A DNA stretch of 64,000 nt from Candidatus Kapaibacterium sp. (GTDB lineage Bacteria; Bacteroidota; Ignavibacteria; OLB7): the NCBI GenBank assembly GCA_035549015.1, contig DASZRW010000112.1:285-64284 (forward strand), in the 5' to 3' direction. The stretch's first letter is position 1; each line of letters opens with the position of its first letter. The translations under genes and the position numbers were made by a program. The notes under the pieces were generated by a model. That model made no database searches and had not been told where the DNA came from. It saw nothing but the letters and a program-made list of their open reading frames with translations. Positions 58,776-64,000 of the stretch are shown piece by piece.

Positions 58776-59979
58776 GGTGTTCGATGCGTATGATTACCTG
58801 TGAGGGGAGGTTTGTTGCTCCTGTACGATGCCGGCGTCACCTGGCCGGTCTGCGGACAAACGGATCCGCACTCCGGCCACGGGCTCGACGGAATGGAAAC
58901 GGCCGGTACGCAAGGCAACCATCTTGGTGCCACTCTCTTGACGGTGCATCGCGCACCGGCCATTCCCTTGGGTCCCTGAGGTCTCGAGCCCTAATTCTTC
59001 AACAGCAGATCCTGCCGGACCGGGCCCTGCCCCAGGCATATCCCATCGTCTGCTTTTCGTCGTGTTGACCGCGCCGCGCGTCCATTACGATAGATCGGGT
59101 GCCTTCCCTCTAAGGCTGCCCATGCAACCCGGACGCAATCTCCCATTGCTGCGCCCGCAGAGTGGAGACTCCAGGCATTTGCGGTGATGCGAACATCTCC
59201 GGCTGCCTGACAATGTGGACACGTAGTTCCCCGCATTGCATTCGAGCGGTGTCGCTCAACCTTCTACCGCTCAGTCGAATACCGCCTGGCGTACCACGCG
59301 CGCACTCGAACCCCGGATGCGCGGCGCGGCAACACGCATTCCCGTCCCCCTGGAAATATCCATCACACCATCCGAAGCGGATTCTCCAACCACCTGCCAC
59401 CACCTCGTCGAACCCGGCATCGGAAACCCTCTTCATTGATCCTCGCCTGTCGCTATGCGCCTCATTTCACAGGAAGAAGGGAGTAATTCGGAAAAGCAAA
59501 TTCATGTACAAATATCGCACTCAGCCACAGGCCCCGCCATGACGGCGATCAATGCCACTGTATATTTTTTTTCGACGCGATAATCGAGGGAAGCACTTAT
59601 TGTTCGATATATTCAACGATTAACCATGAAAATTCGGCATGCGCCGGGCCTCCGGCGACGACAGGATATGCGATGGGATACGGTAAGGGGAGGAGCGACA
59701 GCGGTGGATCGGGCGTTCAATGCCGTGGACAATCGAGCCGGTGCGGAAGGATGGCGCGCCGGTGGCCACCCCCGCCATCCGCGATCGAGCCTGGCGTGTC
59801 GGGATATTTCCTACCCCGTTTAACGGATCTTCCGTACCCCGTGTTCATGTACAATACCATATTCCAGCCTGACGGTTTGGCCCTAATTTGATCGAGCCTT
59901 GAGATGGCGCCTTGTGCACTTCACCCACTATCGCCGGCATAGCCGTGCGAATGTCCATGGCCGAAAACGAAGGAGAACA

Positions 59980-60702
59980 ATGATGCAAAATGCCGAACAA
60001 CGGCCGCCCCGCAGCCTTCACGGGGTCTGTGGCCGATGGATGGATACATTGTTTCACGATCTTCTCCCGTCGGAACGGGAAATTCTATCGGCGTCGAAAC
60101 GCTGCACCACTGTTGCGGAAGGGAAAACGATCATTCATTGCGGACAGCGCGCGGACACGGTTCACTTCGTGCTCAACGGTCGCGTAAAGATATCACTGTT
60201 CGGGAAGAACGGCATGGAGCGGATTATCAGAATGGCGAGCGGGGGCGACATTCTCGATTACTACTCTGCGATATCCGGCGACACATACACAATATTTGCA
60301 CGAGCGCTGGAGCAGACCGATCTTTGTTCGATTCCTTCCGATATCTTCCAGCACCTCGTCCGTTCGAACGGCACGTTCGCGCTGAGGATCATCAGTTTCC
60401 TCTCCGGCGAATTGATGGCCGCAGCAGATGGAATGATGGCATTCATGCAGCAATCGGTGCCGGAACGGCTGGCGCATACGCTGCTCGATCTGAACGATAA
60501 ATATGGTGTGGAACCGGATGGCCGCACAATGCGCATCGTTCTTACCCGGGTGGACCTTGCCAAGATTGCCGGCACAACGACCGAGTCCGTGAGCCGAACG
60601 CTCTCGCGCTTTCAACGCGATGGATTGATCGAGCTCGTTGGGCCGAAAATTCGTATCATGGAGCAGCAGATGCTTTCCGACATTGCTCAAACGGGGTATT
60701 GA
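59980..60702 (+). CDS. Crp/Fnr family transcriptional regulator
   Basis: A cNMP-binding domain (VHFVLNGRVKISLFGKNGMERIIRMASGGDILD) and a C-terminal HTH (RVDLAKIAGTTTESVSRTLSRFQRDGLI). AAGGAG lies 11 nt upstream of ATG 59980. The listed ORF starts earlier at 59899. Confidence 0.85.
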   Translation: MMQNAEQRPPRSLHGVCGRWMDTLFHDLLPSEREILSASKRCTTVAEGKTIIHCGQRADTVHFVLNGRVKISLFGKNGMERIIRMASGGDILDYYSAISGDTYTIFARALEQTDLCSIPSDIFQHLVRSNGTFALRIISFLSGELMAAADGMMAFMQQSVPERLAHTLLDLNDKYGVEPDGRTMRIVLTRVDLAKIAGTTTESVSRTLSRFQRDGLIELVGPKIRIMEQQMLSDIAQTGY

Positions 60703-61249
60703 ACCCTCGCATCGAATGTCTGCACCTGCTACGCCCCCCAATTCTGATCCCGAAACAGTCATTGTAACGGACTCGCCGGCCTTTCGCGTCTGCGCTCTGT
60801 ATGCGGGCAACGAAACGTCATGCGGTGAGCCCGGGGGTTTTCTGTGCTCTCGCGTGAACTCGAGCGATTCCATCCGGGACACGCCGGACCATTGCTCGCT
60901 AACATTCGCACACGGTTTTCGTTTTCAAAGGAACTCTGCTACCCCCCTTCCCTCTTCTATTTATTGCCGAACAATACATGCACTCCCAAACGCGCACTCC
61001 GACGATCGCCCGCGCCACTCGATACCGCCTCGCTGTTGTGTGAAGTCCTGATCACCCTCAGTGTCCATATGTCTCGGTCCGATACGTGCTTCAGAGTCTC
61101 AACTGCCCGGTCGGTACGGCTCGATATCGCAGCCGGGCGCCTTCAGTTGGACAACGCCGGGCGAACCCGGGGGCGGCAGTTCCTCCGAATCATATCACCG
61201 GGACCGCAGCACGGCCCGGAGCTGACATTCACCGTAGCCGGACCGAGGA

Positions 61250-63532
61250 ATGATGGAAGTGCATGATCGCGAGAAGGGAGATGCGCATACCTGGACCCGT
61301 AGTTATCTGGACAGTACGAGTTCCAGCATCTGGACGCCCTGCAACACACATGTCATCTCCGCAAACCGGAACAACGATGTTCAGCGGAACATGCTGGACG
61401 GCTCGAGGCTCGTTCAAATTGTCGAGGAGCTCTGCCTGATTATCGAGAAGACCGGCGTGCGCGCGGCCATTGTCGACCGCGCCCTGCAGGTTCGCCAGTG
61501 CACACCTGCGGTGTTCGATCTGGTTCCCGGGATTCATTCCGTGGAGGGCCTGCTGCCGAAGCTGGCGGAGGCTCTGGAGGAGGACTACGACCTGGTGCGC
61601 CATATCGGCGACACATTCGAGAACGGATGCACGATTGACCGTGAGACTCGTACGCGCGATGGGCGTCCGATCGTGGTGCGCACCATTCCGTGTGAATATT
61701 TCATCCCCGGCAATTGCGTCATCGTGAGCTTCGTGAGCGTACATAGCAGCTCGCCGTCCGCCCAGGCACGGACGGCCGCAACCATCTCGATGTTCGCGGA
61801 CGCGGTTATCGGGCTGACGCCGGAGGGAAACGTGACGGAGTGGAACGCGGCCGCGCAACAATTGTACGGCTACACGGAGGGGGAGGCGGTGGGGCGCCAT
61901 CTGAGCCTGATTGCTCCGACGGGAGCGGAGCCCGATCTGGGAGTTTTATTGCGGCACGCCGCAGAGGGGCACGAGATCGAATCGTTCGAGACCAGGCAGC
62001 GCACCAAGGCGGGGAAGCACGTGTACGTATCGCTGAGAATGATTCCCACGCGCCTTGCGGACGGCCGTGTCGTGGGAACCATGATCGCGGCGCGGGACAT
62101 CACCAAGCGCAGACTGGCAGAGATCGCGATGCGGTACGAGCAGGAGATGGCCCAGCAATATCTCGGGATCGCCGGCGTGATGATCGTGGTGATCGGCTTC
62201 GACCAGCGGGTGAAATTGATCAACCAGCGAGGCTGCGAGCTCCTCGGCTACCCGGAGTCCGAAATCCTGGGCCGGAACTGGTTCGCCACGTTTCTTCCGG
62301 ACTATGCGCGCGAGCAGGCGCTGCAGAAATTCGAAGGGATTCTTGCCAGGCGGGACCCCGTTCACGAATACCTGGAGAGCGTGGTGGTGACTCGCAGCGG
62401 CGAGGAGCGGCTCATTGCATGGCATCACGCGGTGGTTCGGGATCAGGAGCGTTATCCGATCGGGACGCTCAGTTCCGGGGAGGACATCACCGAACGGCGG
62501 AAGATGGAGGATGCGTTGAAGAGAAGCGAGGAGCAGTTCAGGCGGGCCATCATCAACGCTCCCGTTCCGGTAATTCTTCACGCCGAGAGTGGTGAGATTC
62601 TGGAGATCAGCCGGGCATGTACACAGATCACCGGCTACACGCAGGCCGATCTTCCCACGATCGCGGAGTGGCGAAAGAGGGCATACCGGCAGCACCAGGA
62701 CCCGGGTAATCTTCCCTACTCACACGACAAGCCGCGGCTCGAGGGAGATTATGTCGTGATGACCCGCAATGCCGAACGCCGCATCTGGGAGTTCTATTCG
62801 GCTCCGTTGGGGATGGATGCCCATGGACGGCAACTGGTAATCACGACCGCCACTGACATCACCGAATGCCGCAGCCTCGAGCGGCAGATCCTGGAGATCA
62901 GTGCACACGAGCGGCGGCGCATCTCGCGCGATCTTCACGACATCCTGGCCTCGCACCTGAGCGGCATCGCGATGCTGAGCCGCGCCCTGATCGCGGATGC
63001 CACCGCGGGGAGGCCGGTGGAGATCGCGGAGCTGGACATTATCGCGCAACTGGCGCGAGAGGGAGCCGAGCAGGCGCGAACGCTGGCACACGGAGTATCA
63101 CCATGGGAGCTCCCTCCCGAAGGCCTCACATCGGCGCTCGCAAGCCTTGCCTCGAACACGGAACGTCTGAGCGGGATCACCTGTTCGTTCACCGGCCCGG
63201 CTTCCCTTCCGCCGTTGCGCGGCGAAGTTGCCAGCCAGTTGTACCTGATTGCCCGTGAAGCCGTCAACAACGCAGTGAAACATTCCGAGGCCGGCAGAAT
63301 CTCGATCCGGCTGGAGGTAACGGCAACAAGCATCATGCTGGATGTGGACGACGACGGCCGCGGCCTTGCTGCCAAGGCGACCGAAGGCGACGGCATGGGG
63401 ATTCGCCTGATGCGGTACCGCGCAAACGTGATCGGCGGGGATCTCAGCATCGGCACGCTGACGGACGGCGGCACCTGCGTCACCTGCACGCTCTGGATGG
63501 ACGATGCGATCGAACATCCGGAGAGCACCTGA
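61250..63532 (+). CDS. PAS-domain sensor histidine kinase (HisKA_3/NarL-type)
   Basis: Multiple PAS-like segments. H-box HERRRISRDLHDILASHLSG. HATPase_c motifs REAVNNAVKHSEAG, DDDGRGL and GMGIRLMRYRANVIGGDL. The exact start is uncertain. Confidence 0.85.
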   Translation: MMEVHDREKGDAHTWTRSYLDSTSSSIWTPCNTHVISANRNNDVQRNMLDGSRLVQIVEELCLIIEKTGVRAAIVDRALQVRQCTPAVFDLVPGIHSVEGLLPKLAEALEEDYDLVRHIGDTFENGCTIDRETRTRDGRPIVVRTIPCEYFIPGNCVIVSFVSVHSSSPSAQARTAATISMFADAVIGLTPEGNVTEWNAAAQQLYGYTEGEAVGRHLSLIAPTGAEPDLGVLLRHAAEGHEIESFETRQRTKAGKHVYVSLRMIPTRLADGRVVGTMIAARDITKRRLAEIAMRYEQEMAQQYLGIAGVMIVVIGFDQRVKLINQRGCELLGYPESEILGRNWFATFLPDYAREQALQKFEGILARRDPVHEYLESVVVTRSGEERLIAWHHAVVRDQERYPIGTLSSGEDITERRKMEDALKRSEEQFRRAIINAPVPVILHAESGEILEISRACTQITGYTQADLPTIAEWRKRAYRQHQDPGNLPYSHDKPRLEGDYVVMTRNAERRIWEFYSAPLGMDAHGRQLVITTATDITECRSLERQILEISAHERRRISRDLHDILASHLSGIAMLSRALIADATAGRPVEIAELDIIAQLAREGAEQARTLAHGVSPWELPPEGLTSALASLASNTERLSGITCSFTGPASLPPLRGEVASQLYLIAREAVNNAVKHSEAGRISIRLEVTATSIMLDVDDDGRGLAAKATEGDGMGIRLMRYRANVIGGDLSIGTLTDGGTCVTCTLWMDDAIEHPEST

Positions 63533-63589
63533 AACAACGGCCCCACTCATTCAACACTTCGACACACCCAACTTCACACTTGTTCGCGA

Positions 63590-64000
63590 ATGTCTCATAC
63601 CATTCTCATCGTAGACGATCACCCGATCATGCGGCTTGGCTACGCTTCACTGATCGGGCGTGAGCTGGATCTCGAAATCAGCGGTGAAGCCGGATCGGCC
63701 CTCGAAGCGCTCGCCATTATCGCGGACAGGCAGCCCGACCTCGCAATCGTGGACATATCCCTTGGCGGTACCAACGGTATCGAACTGATCAAACATATAC
63801 GCTCACTCTATCCGGACGTCCTCTCGCTGGTTGTATCCATGCACGACGAAACGTTGTACGCCGATCGCGCCCTCGCGGCCGGAGCCCGCGGGTATATCAT
63901 GAAGAACCAGGTGGACCGCACCGTCATCGAGGCCATCCGGCGTATTCTCGCCGGCGGGTATTTTTTCAGTGACGATATGAACACCAAGTTCTTCACGCAG
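63590..64000 (+). CDS. response regulator receiver (NarL/FixJ family), 5' partial within the window (runs off the end)
   Basis: MSHTILIVDDHPIMRLGYASLIG...DLAIVDISLGGTNGIELIKHIRSLYPDVLSLVVSMHDE is a canonical REC domain. No stop occurs before the window end, so it is absent from the ORF track. Confidence 0.8.
   Translation, partial: MSHTILIVDDHPIMRLGYASLIGRELDLEISGEAGSALEALAIIADRQPDLAIVDISLGGTNGIELIKHIRSLYPDVLSLVVSMHDETLYADRALAAGARGYIMKNQVDRTVIEAIRRILAGGYFFSDDMNTKFFTQ

Noticed and set aside
58776-59979. ORFs in the 1.2-kb gap upstream of the Crp/Fnr gene (58784..59068, 59110..59436, 59162..59542, 59626..59823, 59673..59891)
   Set aside because: They are short, overlapping and without motifs. 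The region includes an AT-rich stretch at 59550-59640 that looks promoter-like rather than coding.

Overview
This is a high-GC (about 65%) bacterial chromosomal segment, except for the first ~1.2 kb, which is nearer 50% GC. A type-IX-secretion C-terminal sorting domain on one secreted beta-propeller protein, together with the many repetitive secreted or lipoproteins, suggests an FCB-superphylum organism (inference). Most real genes lie on the minus strand. Long Arg/Ala/Gly-rich antisense ORFs are GC artefacts and were discarded. From start to end the window contains a small membrane protein and an ABC ATPase. Next comes a decayed region holding a lipoprotein gene and a frameshifted C-terminal remnant of a paralog of the lipoprotein gene at 11.6-13.9 kb. 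Housekeeping and accessory enzymes follow: a DHFR-family protein, a frameshifted NmrA-like gene, a secreted VOC protein, RidA and a DUF2268 HExxH protease. After these sits a block of large secreted proteins: a 1307-aa LolA-like plus BNR/sortilin protein, a 747-aa lipoprotein with a novel GxGxLxDxxGNDxY repeat, and an 809-aa YadA-head-like IGGG-repeat fibre protein carrying an internal near-identical duplication. Two tandem paralogous small secreted proteins come next, then a polymorphic toxin (DUF4157 zincin-like domain, membrane segments, C-terminal WHH HNH/EndoVII nuclease) translationally coupled to a 147-aa putative immunity gene. An N-terminal remnant of the repeat-lipoprotein paralog lies upstream of the toxin. 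The most unusual feature is a co-directional ~26 kb cluster (25.5-51.7 kb) of three leaderless giant proteins of 2601, 2803 and 3195 aa. The first combines a carboxypeptidase-regulatory-like domain, a subtilisin S8 domain with large insertions, and a C-terminal pyroglutamyl-peptidase (C15)-like domain whose catalytic Cys and Glu appear replaced by Ser and Asp. The other two share a previously undescribed ~100-aa Cys-containing helical repeat (C-x2-W-x5-C-x4-C ... LP-x-D). A lipoprotein gene sits just upstream of the cluster. The window ends with an SBBP beta-propeller/T9SS-CTD protein, a Cys-rich YHS/TRASH-like metal-binding protein, a PrpD/MmgE protein, a Crp/Fnr regulator, a PAS/HisKA_3 histidine kinase and a partial NarL-type response regulator. 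No rRNA, tRNA, CRISPR array or transposase is evident.
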